Source of the DNA: a virus
Lineage: Duplodnaviria; Caudoviricetes
Direction: 5' to 3' (one strand)
Virus record (IMG/VR): IMGVR_UViG_3300027533_000013
Coordinates: 1-64,000 of that record
Length of the DNA: 64,000 nt
The first letter of the stretch is position 1, and every line of letters starts with the position of its first letter. Under the pieces are notes generated by a model, which was not told where the DNA came from, searched no databases, and saw nothing but the letters and a program-made list of their open reading frames with translations. The translations under genes were made by a program, and so were the position numbers. Of this stretch, positions 19,394 to 29,442 are shown piece after piece.

Positions 19394-19713
19394 GAATCAG
19401 TGGCAAGGTTCTGAAGGTTTTACAGGCCGAGAAGATTTCGCCTGACGAGCTAATGACCATGCTGACCGAAGCGGCGTTCACGTCGCTTCGTGGTTGCAAC
19501 CTGCGGTATTTCCAGTGGCTGTTCGTCCGGAAGGCTGACGTGCTGCTGGACATGCAGCGTGCGGACCTGATGGAGATTGGCCGAGGTCAGAATCGCATGT
19601 TGGAAGAGCACGACCAGTGCGATGGTGAAGGGTGCAGAGACTGCGGCTGGGCCGGGGAGATTTCACGGGCGGTGAACGATGCCACTTTGACAAATGTCGG
19701 TGGTAGGGTGTAA
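19390..19713 (+). CDS. hypothetical protein with C-terminal Cys cluster
   Basis: coupled ORF; HDQCDGEGCRDC. Confidence 0.55.
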   Translation: MRISGKVLKVLQAEKISPDELMTMLTEAAFTSLRGCNLRYFQWLFVRKADVLLDMQRADLMEIGRGQNRMLEEHDQCDGEGCRDCGWAGEISRAVNDATLTNVGGRV

Positions 19714-19716
19714 GAT
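19687..19716 (+). promoter_or_regulatory. sigma70-type promoter
   Basis: TTGACA-18-TAAGAT. Confidence 0.55.
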
Positions 19717-19739
19717 GTAGAGGCTAGTTTTCTCAAGGA

Positions 19740-20264
19740 GTGAGACAAGTGTTAGGGCAAATACAGATACCGATAGGCAAGCGACAGTTCTACGTGGTGA
19801 CCGGGGGTCCATTCATGGAGTGCCCGTCCACCATGAAGGGCGTCAAAATGGCCAAGGAGATACGGAAGGATTGCGCCGTGGATATCCCGACGCAAGACTT
19901 TCATGTGCCTGACCGCCTGACCCTCTACCGGGGGCTGGACAAGGCTCTGGACCTGATGCTGGCGGGTGAACCCCTCTACGTCGGTTGCATGGGCGGGAAG
20001 GGGCGCACAGGGCTGTTCTTGGCCGTCCTAGCGAAAGCCTTCGGCGTCAAGAAGCCCGTGGAGTTTGTCCGAGCCAATTACTACGCGCATGCCGTGGAGA
20101 CTCAGGAGCAGTATCAGTTCGTGAAGCAGTTCCTGATCACGCCCCGGCAACGCCGGAAGATCAAGCTGGTGCGGCGGTGGGCATGGCTGAAGTTCTGGAG
20201 AACGAACCTGACCCGGCTACCAGCGGAGTTTCAACCAGAATACAGGCTGTCCGAGACAATTTGA
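19740..20264 (+). CDS. CX5R (PTP/dual-specificity) phosphatase
   Basis: IPTQDF acid loop, YVGCMGGKGRTG P-loop, AVETQEQ Q-loop. Confidence 0.85.
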   Translation: MRQVLGQIQIPIGKRQFYVVTGGPFMECPSTMKGVKMAKEIRKDCAVDIPTQDFHVPDRLTLYRGLDKALDLMLAGEPLYVGCMGGKGRTGLFLAVLAKAFGVKKPVEFVRANYYAHAVETQEQYQFVKQFLITPRQRRKIKLVRRWAWLKFWRTNLTRLPAEFQPEYRLSETI

Positions 20265-20289
20265 CAAACGGATGAGGTTGTGCCAGAAT
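20261..20289 (+). promoter_or_regulatory. sigma70-type promoter
   Basis: TTGACA-17-CAGAAT, extended TG. Confidence 0.55.
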
Positions 20290-20330
20290 AGTCAGGTCGG
20301 TCAAATCTCAAGGAGTGAGGGCAAAGGACC

Positions 20331-21422
20331 ATGAAATTTTTAGAACCAAACACACTGGCGCACTGGAACGCAGCCCCGCAGACCCATCTGCATAACTTTG
20401 CAGATTTGCCGGTCTCGGTGTTCGCCGCTTCGACGCTGAAATATCGGGACCATTGCAAGACGACTCATGACACGGTCAATCCTGAGAATGAGGCCGTGTC
20501 GTTTTACGCGCTCAACCATGCGGCGTCGATTGTTCGCAGGAAGTTCACTGAGAATGAACCGCTACCGGCATGGGCGCAAGAAATCATGGCGACCTACACC
20601 GAAGTGTGCGGGTTGCAAGGTGAGCGGATACTGCACTACCTGTTGCTGATCACGACGCGAGAAATGCGTCACCTGTATCCCGGCACGGAGACGTTCTGGA
20701 AGAAGGTGCAGAAGGAATTTGGCGACAAGGGTGTGGCTAATCTCAAGAACATCTCGTCGGACGGTAACGAAGATACCGCGATGAACAAGTATCTGATCAC
20801 GCCACCCGCGATGACCATCGGGGAATACACCAAGACGTTGTCGCTGGGGTTTCACAAGGGTTCGTGGGGCGGATCGTATGGCGGGAAGCCATGGGGCGAC
20901 ACGACCGATGCGCTCGTCTCCATGCTGACTGGTAACACGTCGATGGAAATACTGGTCGATACCGGCTACACGCTGGCGCACAACGGTGGACCCATCTTCG
21001 ACAAGGCCGCTGCCCACATGTATTCGCACTACGGGAGCCATCTGCTGACGGTGCTCGACGTGCAACGTGCGGGGCAGATGTTGGAACTGATGCTGGCCTC
21101 TGACACGTTTGGGATCACGAAGACGCCACACGCGATACGGGCCATGGAGTTGATCAAGGAATTTTGCCCGGTGGACGCTGAAGACAAGCCAACCATCAAG
21201 GGCTATGTGGACTGGAAGCTGGTGGATTCAGAACGTCCAGACAAGCATAAGAGTCCGAACAAGTATGCGAAATACATCGGGGCGCAAAAGCAGCCGAAGG
21301 CAAAGGCTGCACCCGTGAAGCCAGTAATCACGACGCTGGGGGGCAAGAAGATCAAGGTGACGGGCACGTTCCAAGTGTTCCCGAACCAAACGGTCAATAT
21401 CGTGGAGAGGGTAGGCAGCTAA
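20331..21422 (+). CDS. hypothetical protein, possibly enzymatic
   Basis: 363 aa; REMRH, WGGSYGGKPW, VD..YTLAHNGGPIFDK motifs; family not recognised. Confidence 0.7.
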   Translation: MKFLEPNTLAHWNAAPQTHLHNFADLPVSVFAASTLKYRDHCKTTHDTVNPENEAVSFYALNHAASIVRRKFTENEPLPAWAQEIMATYTEVCGLQGERILHYLLLITTREMRHLYPGTETFWKKVQKEFGDKGVANLKNISSDGNEDTAMNKYLITPPAMTIGEYTKTLSLGFHKGSWGGSYGGKPWGDTTDALVSMLTGNTSMEILVDTGYTLAHNGGPIFDKAAAHMYSHYGSHLLTVLDVQRAGQMLELMLASDTFGITKTPHAIRAMELIKEFCPVDAEDKPTIKGYVDWKLVDSERPDKHKSPNKYAKYIGAQKQPKAKAAPVKPVITTLGGKKIKVTGTFQVFPNQTVNIVERVGS

Positions 21423-22162
21423 TGGCACTGTGGGACACGTTCAAAAAGAATAGTGCGAAGGATGACTTCGCAGATACCGAGATGCCATTGCACTGCTATG
21501 AGTCGCATCCTGCGATGAAGTTGGGCAAGGGTGTGCTGGTCGGCGGAAGCGCCAGCCACCCTGCCGTGAAGGATGCCGACGTGTATGTGTCGTTGCAGAA
21601 CGGCAGCACGAGTGGCCGGTCGTCGGACCCATGGGAGCCGAAGGGGCACGTGGTCGAGGTTCACTACAGCATTCAGGACATGAACGCTCCGGTGAACCTG
21701 CCACGGTTCAAGAAGATGGTCACGTGGCTTTGCACTCAATTGCAGGAAGGCAAGAAGGTGCATGTCGGGTGTGTGGGTGGCCATGGTCGGACAGGGCTGG
21801 TGGTGTCTGCCATCGTGGCCGAGATGACCGAGAAGAAAGACGTCATTCAGTGGGTGCGGAAGCACTACTGCAAGAAGGCCGTTGAGTCGAAGTCGCAGAT
21901 CCAGTTCCTGATGAAGCACTACGGCGTGACCGAGGTCGAGGGGACCAAGACCTACAGTGGTAATGGTGGCAGCGGCAAGTATTTCAGTGGCGGCGGGACC
22001 AGTGCCATCGGTCAGTCGTATGAGACGTTCTCATCAAAGCTGGTGAAGTCGTCTGACATGCCCAAGGTGAAGCAGATTGTGCCAGCCGGGGTGACGTCGA
22101 AGACCAAGCAGTTCAGTCCGATGCCATCGGCTCGGAGTCTGTGGAAGGGCAAAAAGCTGTAA
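21422..22162 (+). CDS. CX5R (PTP/dual-specificity) phosphatase
   Basis: IQDMNAP, HVGCVGGHGRTG, KAVESKSQ. Confidence 0.85.
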   Translation: MALWDTFKKNSAKDDFADTEMPLHCYESHPAMKLGKGVLVGGSASHPAVKDADVYVSLQNGSTSGRSSDPWEPKGHVVEVHYSIQDMNAPVNLPRFKKMVTWLCTQLQEGKKVHVGCVGGHGRTGLVVSAIVAEMTEKKDVIQWVRKHYCKKAVESKSQIQFLMKHYGVTEVEGTKTYSGNGGSGKYFSGGGTSAIGQSYETFSSKLVKSSDMPKVKQIVPAGVTSKTKQFSPMPSARSLWKGKKL

Positions 22163-22191
22163 TTGACAAATGGCTGGTGGTTTGGTAGACT
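22163..22191 (+). promoter_or_regulatory. sigma70-type promoter
   Basis: TTGACA-17-TAGACT, extended TG. Confidence 0.7.
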
Positions 22192-22230
22192 GTAGACCGT
22201 GACATTTACCCAAGGGAGTGGGAGAAAAAT

Positions 22231-23238
22231 ATGGCATTTATCATGAAAGAATCTCAGACGGCCTTTTTCAATAGCGTGTTTGGCCCCGGTAGTGTGGTGG
22301 CCGACAAGGTGAAGAAACTGATTGCCGCTGGTGTCTCGTTCGATGTGTCGTTGTATAGCCTGACGGCCACGTATCAGAACCAGACACATCTGGTCAGTGT
22401 GACCAAGTCCACCACGGCTTTGATGAAGGCCGAGGGTTTGGACGCTGCTGTGTTGGAGCAGAACAAGGTCGTGGTGGCTGACTGGGTGGAGAAGCTGTAT
22501 TCGCTGATTGTGGACGTTCCGGTAGGCGCGATGAACCCGACGTTGGCTCAGGCTCTTGCCAGTGGCGAGACGACGGTCATCTTGACTGGTGGTGAGCACT
22601 CCAGCCTGTTGGTCCTGATCAAGGCAATTCAGTCGGTGACCGGGCTCAGTCTGCTTGCCTCCAAGAATGCCGCCCAAGGTGCGATTGCAGGGACGGCACA
22701 GCAACTGAAGACGTTCCCGACCTACAACGAAGCGTTCGAAGCGGCGACCATCCTGAAGGATGCGAAGGGCAACGTGGAGTTGTCGTCCAAGGGGCAGAAG
22801 GTGTCCATGGCGTCAGCTATCATCGGGGCCACGGCAGCGGTGAAGAATTTGGGGCAGGCGTTTGCGGTGGCTGCAAAGCCAGTGGATGCGGTCCTGAGTC
22901 TGAGGGACGCCAAAGCACTGGGTCAGAAGGTCAAGGGCACAAGTTCAGGCAGCGTGTATCACTGCATCGCACTCGGTGAGCATGTGCGACTGGCTGCGAA
23001 GCTCTACCAGAGCGGGATGATTTCGGTGCGTGTGGAGTGGACCGACAACCCGAAGGACGACCTGAAGAAGCTGGAAGCGGCTGGCGTGCAGATGAAGCAG
23101 AACTACGGCAGCATCCACTTCGATTCACAAGGGGTGCCTATCGAGCGGTGCGTTGGTGCGTTCCTGATGGGCACGGGCATCAACTGGAAATCCGTTGTCA
23201 CTAATGCGGGGGAACTGGTGATCGGGGGCAAGTCGTGA
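22231..23238 (+). CDS. multidomain protein with ribosomal bL12 (L7/L12) CTD-like segment
   Basis: VIL..LIKAIQSVTGLSL..K..LK..EA..LKDAKGNVEL parallels the bL12 CTD. Confidence 0.6.
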   Translation: MAFIMKESQTAFFNSVFGPGSVVADKVKKLIAAGVSFDVSLYSLTATYQNQTHLVSVTKSTTALMKAEGLDAAVLEQNKVVVADWVEKLYSLIVDVPVGAMNPTLAQALASGETTVILTGGEHSSLLVLIKAIQSVTGLSLLASKNAAQGAIAGTAQQLKTFPTYNEAFEAATILKDAKGNVELSSKGQKVSMASAIIGATAAVKNLGQAFAVAAKPVDAVLSLRDAKALGQKVKGTSSGSVYHCIALGEHVRLAAKLYQSGMISVRVEWTDNPKDDLKKLEAAGVQMKQNYGSIHFDSQGVPIERCVGAFLMGTGINWKSVVTNAGELVIGGKS

Positions 23239-23492
23239 TCGCCCGAGACATGATGCGACTCGATGCGCCAGCCGCCAAGGCGGAACTGGGGCTGCTGAAG
23301 CTGGTCAAGGTCGGGGACGTACGGTGCAGTCCGTTGTTCCCGGCCATTGACATGGACATTGACTGGGTCTGTGTGTCGGTGGCCGAGTCCGAGTGGGTGT
23401 TCGATGCCACGTTCCTCGGTCAACCTATGTTCCGCATGAAGATTGTGGAGCTACCAGAGACCATCACGTTGGAAGTGAAGGATGTCATATGA
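23235..23492 (+). CDS. hypothetical protein
   Basis: coupled ORF. Confidence 0.5.
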   Translation: MIARDMMRLDAPAAKAELGLLKLVKVGDVRCSPLFPAIDMDIDWVCVSVAESEWVFDATFLGQPMFRMKIVELPETITLEVKDVI

Positions 23493-23884
23493 ACTTAGGA
23501 TACTTTGCGTCAGACACGCTCGGAGTCACCCTGTATGGAGTGGATGGTGGGCTGAAGGCCAGTGAGGTTCACCAACTCAAGATGGGGCCATGGCGGGTGG
23601 ATCTACCCATCGAGGTCCAGTCAGATATTCTGGGCAGCACGGAGCTAGGGTTTTGGGTGACCATCGCCAATCGCCTGCGGCTCTACTCCATCATCAAGGA
23701 GAAAGAGAACTGGCTGTTCGTTCTGAACGAAGATAAGCTGAAGGAGTGTGGGAAGAAAACAGGTTTCGCTGCACTCAGCGTGAAGGAGCGGGTGCAGGAA
23801 TTCAAGCCAGCCATCGTGGCCATGTATCGGTGGAAGGACGATGAGTGGAGGCGCGTGCAGTATGGTAACGACAAGGAGGCATAA
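23489..23884 (+). CDS. hypothetical protein
   Basis: ATG overlaps upstream stop. Confidence 0.55.
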   Translation: MNLGYFASDTLGVTLYGVDGGLKASEVHQLKMGPWRVDLPIEVQSDILGSTELGFWVTIANRLRLYSIIKEKENWLFVLNEDKLKECGKKTGFAALSVKERVQEFKPAIVAMYRWKDDEWRRVQYGNDKEA

Positions 23885-23886
23885 CC

Positions 23887-24207
23887 ATGCCTGATGACGT
23901 GACAGTTGAGAGCCCGATTCAAGATCGACTGCTCAAGGCGGCTGAACTGTTGCGGCGGGAAGCGACTCAGGAACACAGTGTCACGTTCCTACCAGAAGCC
24001 ATGTTCGCATTGGCTACGATGTATGAAATTACCGCTGGTACTATCGAGCACTTGTCCGAGAACAATCGAGAGTTCCGGCGCGTCCATGTGCAGGATGTGG
24101 AAATCATCGAGCGGCTGATCCTAGAGCGGAACGAAGCCATCCGTGGTCTGCCAAAGTGGTTGCGGGAAGAGATGGCTCTCATGATCAAATCAGGAAGCAA
24201 GCTCTAA
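23887..24207 (+). CDS. hypothetical protein
   Basis: AGGAGG RBS. Confidence 0.55.
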   Translation: MPDDVTVESPIQDRLLKAAELLRREATQEHSVTFLPEAMFALATMYEITAGTIEHLSENNREFRRVHVQDVEIIERLILERNEAIRGLPKWLREEMALMIKSGSKL

Positions 24208-24234
24208 AAACGCATCTCATCGTCAGGACCATTC

Positions 24235-26607
24235 ATGCTGTTGACCATCTGGACGAAGACCTCATCGGCCAAGACACTCGCGGTTCTGTCCCCGGTGCTC
24301 CGAGCCGTGCAAGACCTCCCCATCACCGTCGTGTCCGATTTCACCATCCCGGCAGACACCACCATGGTGTTGGCGTTAGGGTCCGACCCTCTCAAGAAGC
24401 TCCAAGAAAACAAGGTCGTTCCCAAGAACCGGACCACCACGTCTCTCCGCACGGTGCCCCACATGTTGGGGAGTGTGCCGGTCCTGATTTCCTACAGCCC
24501 TGACATTGGGGACATTGACCATGGATATTACGTAGACCTGCTGACCGATGTGACCCTGAGCCTGCGCTACTGCCTCTCAGGGAAGTGGCACCCAGTCTAT
24601 GGGGAGTACACCTACGTCCATGACTTCAGTGGGCTCTGTGAGGCGATAGAGACGCGCTATAAGGCGTCTGGCCAGCCTGTAGACGTGGCGAAGGACTTGG
24701 AGACGCTAGGACTGGACCCCTACGCCCTCCCCACCCTGACCTACCCCGGTGCCTACATCGTGACCCTACAGGCGACCTGTGAGGCTGGCAGAGCCTACGT
24801 GGTGAGGTTCACATCCCGGCAGCATGAGACGGAGCGGCTGCAAGACCCGGCCCTGCGGGAGCAGCTAGAGTTTATTCTTCGGAGTCCCAAGGTGAGTCTC
24901 CGAGGGGCCAACTTCAAGTATGACCTGCATTGGCTGCACAAACGGGCTGCAATCAGTTGCACCAATTTCAAGTTCGACACCACCATCGTGGGCAGCTTGC
25001 TCGATGAGAACCGGAGCAACGCCCTCGACGTGCATACCAAGATTTATGTCCCATCGCTGGCAGGTTACTCGGACCAGTTCGACCGGGCCATCGACAAAGG
25101 CCGGATGGACCAAGTCCCACCAGACCAGCTACTCCCGTATGCGGGTGGGGATGTGGATGCCGATCTCCAAGTGGCGGCGGCGATGAAGCAGGAGTTGTTG
25201 AAGGACCAACGACTCACCAGCTTCTATGTGAACATCCTCCATCCAGCGGCGAGAGCGTTCGAAGCGGTGGAGCAGGGTGGCATCATCGTAGACAAGGACG
25301 CCTATCAGGAGTTGAAGTCAGACCTAGAGACTGAGCACGCACGACTCGTCAAGGAAGCGGTCAAGATCATGGGTGGCCGCATCTATGTGAAGCATGGTGA
25401 TCCATCGAAACCCGGTGGGATGAACCTGACCAAAGCGGCCATGCTCACGGACTTCATGTTCTCACCGATGGGTCTGGGCCTGAAACCCAAGATGTATACC
25501 GAGAAGCCCGACAAGGATGGGATCAAGAGGCCATCGACGGCGATGGAGCATCTGGAGATGTTCGCGGATGAACCCAAGGCCAAGGACTTCATTGCCATCA
25601 TTCGTGAAGACAGCGGCGTGATGAAGACCTACAACACCTACGTGGTGGGCTTCCTAGAGCATCTCCGATCTGATGGTCGATACCATCCCACGTACTATCT
25701 GTTCGTAGGTAATCAGGATGAAGGTGAAGGTGGGGCGAGGACGGGGAGACTCTCGTGTAAATCTCCCGCCTTTCAAACTGTCCCGAAGCACACGAAGTGG
25801 TCAGCACGCATTAGACGCTGTTTTCCAGCCCCACCGGGCTATGTGGTGGTGGAGCGGGATTATGGACAGGGTGAACTCCGTGTGGTGGCCTGTATCGCCC
25901 ATGAGCAGAACATGATCAACGTGTTCAAGTCTGGCAAGGATATCCATGCCGACACAGCGGCACCATTCGCAGGATTCACATACGACGCTCTGATGGCGTT
26001 AGAGCAGACCGACATCCACACGTTCGAAGAGACCCGGCAGTTAGGCAAGGCCGGTAACTTCGGCTTGGTCTTTGGGATGAAGGAAGAAGGCTTCGTCAAC
26101 TATGCCCGTAGTAACTATGGGGTTACCTTGACCTATGGAGAGGCTGAAACCTTCCGCAATACCTTCTTTACGAAGTATCCGAATCTGTTGGTGTACCATC
26201 GTGTGGCGGTGGAGCAGGCGAGACTCCAGAAACACGTCAGAACACCACTCGGCAGAATCCGTCATCTCCCATTGATCAAGAGTCCCAATCGTGAGGTGGC
26301 GGCAAAGGCGGAAAGACAAGCGATCAATAGCCCCGTCCAAGGATGTCTAACAGACATGGTGCTCTGGACGATTGCCTTAGAGCACCAGTCAGGATTATCA
26401 CATACTGCACCATGCTTTGGTGCCTGCCATGACAGCATCTTGAATTACGTCCCCGAGAACAACGTGGACAATATCGTGTCCCTCCAACTCGGCACCATGG
26501 AGAATCTTCCGTTCGAAAAAGTCGGGTGGAATCCACAGTTAAAATTCGTGGCTGATGCTAAAGTAGGCAAGAACTGGGGTGAGGTGAAGAAGTTCAAGAG
26601 GTCATAA
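24235..26607 (+). CDS. DNA polymerase family A with 3'-5' exonuclease
   Basis: DLETLG (ExoI), NFKYD (ExoII), YAGGD (ExoIII), TGRLS, DYGQGELR (motif A), RQLGKAGNFGLVFG (motif B), HDS (motif C). Confidence 0.95.
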   Translation: MLLTIWTKTSSAKTLAVLSPVLRAVQDLPITVVSDFTIPADTTMVLALGSDPLKKLQENKVVPKNRTTTSLRTVPHMLGSVPVLISYSPDIGDIDHGYYVDLLTDVTLSLRYCLSGKWHPVYGEYTYVHDFSGLCEAIETRYKASGQPVDVAKDLETLGLDPYALPTLTYPGAYIVTLQATCEAGRAYVVRFTSRQHETERLQDPALREQLEFILRSPKVSLRGANFKYDLHWLHKRAAISCTNFKFDTTIVGSLLDENRSNALDVHTKIYVPSLAGYSDQFDRAIDKGRMDQVPPDQLLPYAGGDVDADLQVAAAMKQELLKDQRLTSFYVNILHPAARAFEAVEQGGIIVDKDAYQELKSDLETEHARLVKEAVKIMGGRIYVKHGDPSKPGGMNLTKAAMLTDFMFSPMGLGLKPKMYTEKPDKDGIKRPSTAMEHLEMFADEPKAKDFIAIIREDSGVMKTYNTYVVGFLEHLRSDGRYHPTYYLFVGNQDEGEGGARTGRLSCKSPAFQTVPKHTKWSARIRRCFPAPPGYVVVERDYGQGELRVVACIAHEQNMINVFKSGKDIHADTAAPFAGFTYDALMALEQTDIHTFEETRQLGKAGNFGLVFGMKEEGFVNYARSNYGVTLTYGEAETFRNTFFTKYPNLLVYHRVAVEQARLQKHVRTPLGRIRHLPLIKSPNREVAAKAERQAINSPVQGCLTDMVLWTIALEHQSGLSHTAPCFGACHDSILNYVPENNVDNIVSLQLGTMENLPFEKVGWNPQLKFVADAKVGKNWGEVKKFKRS

Positions 26608-26610
26608 GCC

Positions 26611-26901
26611 ATGACTGATGATGCGGTCTGGGTGGGCAAAGCCCGAATGATGGAGCACCGATGCCACGTCTGCTATCGCGTCATCGATGCCGTCACCTCC
26701 GTTAGTAATATGGAACCCCAGCCCGGTGAATCCATCCTCCCACAGCCCGGTGACCTGACAGCCTGCGTATATTGCTGGTCAATTGGCGTGTGGGAGGCTG
26801 ATGGCTCAATCCGTACCGCCACCCCAGAGGAGTGTGAAGACGTGCCCGACTGGGTGCGCTTACAGATTGCGAGGGTGCAGTCGCCCAGTAAGCCTTCTTG
26901 A
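26611..26901 (+). CDS. small zinc-ribbon-like protein
   Basis: CHVC..PQPGDLTACVYC. Confidence 0.55.
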   Translation: MTDDAVWVGKARMMEHRCHVCYRVIDAVTSVSNMEPQPGESILPQPGDLTACVYCWSIGVWEADGSIRTATPEECEDVPDWVRLQIARVQSPSKPS

Positions 26902-26926
26902 CAAATAGCCAGACTGGTGGTAAGAT
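26898..26926 (+). promoter_or_regulatory. sigma70-type promoter
   Basis: TTGACA-17-TAAGAT, extended TG. Confidence 0.65.
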
Positions 26927-27090
26927 CGTTATCATGGAAGACACCCAGAAATTGATGGAGGATATTGCGCGTGCAGTGTCACCACTCCTGAAAAAGCATT
27001 GGGCCACCACGGGAAAGTTCCCGGTTCAGGTCACCATTCAGGTTGACAGTAAAGACCCGGAGAAGGTGCGATTCATGGTGAAAGCCATAT

Positions 27091-27119
27091 TTGACAAATA
27101 GATTGGTGTAGGCTAGACT
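27091..27119 (+). promoter_or_regulatory. sigma70-type promoter
   Basis: TTGACA-17-TAGACT. Confidence 0.65.
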
Positions 27120-27144
27120 CGTGGCAGTCCATGGAGGGAGTCAG

Positions 27145-27447
27145 ATGGCAGCAGCAATTCCCCGTCGTATCGAAAGTTATTGGTGCAATAGTCCCTATAA
27201 GCACGACAAGGTGTATCGTCTGGAGATTCAGGAGTTCAAGGGTCTTTTTGACGTGATCGGGGCGTATGCGCGGCGGAAGCAGCCGTTGAAGGTGCATATC
27301 TTGTCAGAAGGCACCGAATTCTACGAGGCCAAGCAGGCGTTCGAAAAGAAAGTAGCCGAACTGGAAAAGAAGGGCTACGTCCGAGTCAATGAGGACGTGT
27401 CCAAAACCTCAGAGTTGACCTTCCAGAAGGTGTTCACATGGGCCTGA
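27145..27447 (+). CDS. WGR-domain-like protein
   Basis: HDKVYRLEI..FDV..YARR..A..FEKKVAE..KKGY. Confidence 0.6.
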   Translation: MAAAIPRRIESYWCNSPYKHDKVYRLEIQEFKGLFDVIGAYARRKQPLKVHILSEGTEFYEAKQAFEKKVAELEKKGYVRVNEDVSKTSELTFQKVFTWA

Positions 27448-28769
27448 TGCGACTACCCATGGGCTATAAGCCTATTTCGTTGAGCTTGATGCTGCAAAAG
27501 TATGCGAACATCGCTCCCACGCTGGGTCGATTGCTGTTCAGGCATCTGGGGATGCCCGAGGAAAAAGCGGCAGAGCGTATCGTGGAGTTGGAAGCACTGA
27601 GTCTGGTGCAGTTCGCCATCGCGCCGAACGGGGAACCATCCTGTTTCATTGCCCCGAGCAGTGAAGACTTCAATCCCTATCCGAGCCCTGACCATGTGGC
27701 GTTGGCTGAGAAGCTGATCACGTTCTGGGACATTCAGGGGAAGCACAACGACGGGCAAATCATTTCAGCCGAAGTGCCACTGAGTGCATTCCAGCATAAT
27801 GCGTTTGGCAAGATGCCCCACTGGCAGATCGCACTCGACCAAAAAATCGAAGCGATGAAGTCGTTGCAGGATATCAAGCAGCTAACGCCCACTGAATTGG
27901 CGGCACGTCGAGTGGACTACATGGACTTGCAGGAAGATTTGAACGCCCTGAAAGTTTCCGAGGTCTTCTCGTTCAATGCGGACACCATGCACGCCATCAT
28001 GGAAGGGGCGAAGTCCATTCCGCCTGACTCGCCACTTTCTTCCGTTGAGATACCTACAGCCCGAGCCGGGTGGTTCTGGTTCGCGGAGCCGTATCCCGTG
28101 GCATCGAGTCCGGTGTCCGCAGGGACTACCGCCGCACTGTTATGGTCATGGCACACGAATCAGAAGGAACCGGCGCTCCAGTTCTCCGCGTATGTCGTAG
28201 ATCAACAAGTGATGAAGGGTCGCATTCTGCCATCCACGAAGTGGTCGTGGCCGGTGAGGTTTACGCTCGATGAGATGCTGGCCATGAGCACGCAGCTATA
28301 TCGTGAGACCTATACAGGGAAGGGCAAGTATGCCAACAACCCATGGGCGGTGGGTGAGCATGCCACCATGGAGGTCGTGCAGAAGCTCAGTCGGTTCTTC
28401 ATGATGTCTTGCCTATGGTTTCGTCAGACGGTCCCCGGCACGAAGAAGAAAATCGAGCCGAAGCTGACACAGGAGCAGGGTCATATCGAGCGCCATGCGC
28501 GGAAGCGGTTTGAGAAGGAATTCAACCTCAAGCCCACTGTGCGTGTCATTGCACTCAGGAAGACGCAGGCGACCGCTGTAGAGCCGTTAGAGGCTGGCAC
28601 AGGACGGAAGCTGAAGGTGCGGTTCATTGTGAAGGGCCATGCGAAGCTCCAGCCCTGTGGGCCGGGACGGAGTGATCGGAAGCTCATCTGGGTGGATGCG
28701 TATCCGAAGGGTCCAGACGATGCACCGTTCAAGGAGAGCGGCCCGAAGGTATTCGCGGTGATTAGGTAA
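27438..28769 (+). CDS. hypothetical phage protein
   Basis: C-terminal VKGH..QPCGPGR..RKLIWV..Y.KG motif common in phage proteins. Confidence 0.7.
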   Translation: MGLMRLPMGYKPISLSLMLQKYANIAPTLGRLLFRHLGMPEEKAAERIVELEALSLVQFAIAPNGEPSCFIAPSSEDFNPYPSPDHVALAEKLITFWDIQGKHNDGQIISAEVPLSAFQHNAFGKMPHWQIALDQKIEAMKSLQDIKQLTPTELAARRVDYMDLQEDLNALKVSEVFSFNADTMHAIMEGAKSIPPDSPLSSVEIPTARAGWFWFAEPYPVASSPVSAGTTAALLWSWHTNQKEPALQFSAYVVDQQVMKGRILPSTKWSWPVRFTLDEMLAMSTQLYRETYTGKGKYANNPWAVGEHATMEVVQKLSRFFMMSCLWFRQTVPGTKKKIEPKLTQEQGHIERHARKRFEKEFNLKPTVRVIALRKTQATAVEPLEAGTGRKLKVRFIVKGHAKLQPCGPGRSDRKLIWVDAYPKGPDDAPFKESGPKVFAVIR

Positions 28770-28781
28770 GGTGGGGTAGTT

Positions 28782-29102
28782 ATGACAGATAAGGATCAAC
28801 AGTACGCAGAAGGGGTTGCCGTCAATCGTGGCCTGATTGAACGCATGATTCAGGATTTGGGAAATGGGGTCAGACCACCTGAACTTGGTCCAGAGAGGAC
28901 CAAACGGCAGATGCTGAGTGAGCATGATCAGCAAGAGCTTCGCAAGTGGATGGTGACGCATGCGATTCTCTATCATAAAAAAGTGGAAGGAGAGTACGGT
29001 TGTCCCGGTGAAACATGTCCCGGCGTTCAACGGTTGGTGAAGTTGTTGGAGGATTGGACAGCAACGGTGTTTCTGCTTGTCAGATGGAAAGAAGGAGTCT
29101 GA
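28782..29102 (+). CDS. hypothetical protein (paralogue of 30780-31103)
   Basis: LSEHDQQE.RK..YHK.VEGEYGCPGE.CPGVQRLV. Confidence 0.65.
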   Translation: MTDKDQQYAEGVAVNRGLIERMIQDLGNGVRPPELGPERTKRQMLSEHDQQELRKWMVTHAILYHKKVEGEYGCPGETCPGVQRLVKLLEDWTATVFLLVRWKEGV

Positions 29103-29442
29103 TGATTCGGTGGCGGCGGTGGGTGGTGGAAATCAATCCCATGGGTCTGGGCCTGTGGATACCGGTGTTTGAGCACTGGTTCAGGTGGACGGCTGTGCGC
29201 CGAGCCAATAGAATGCGGAAGAATTACGAATGTGAGACGAGGGTCACATGTCGCTGACCAGAGCCGAGTGGGAAGAAATGTGGAAGACCATCGAGAAGCT
29301 GGAAGATTGCGTGTTGGAAGGCATCCCACCGCACTCAGGCTATCGGAAGATGGCGAAGCTCCAGATCAGGAAGCTCAAGGGTCAGGTCCAACAAGTCATT
29401 GGGCAGATGGAGTCTGGCAATCGATTGCAAAGGGGATGATTC

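Noticed and set aside
24235-26607. Intein or intron in the DNA polymerase; alternative genetic code
   Set aside because: Motif spacing is normal in a continuous 790-aa ORF, and genes tile tightly under the standard code.
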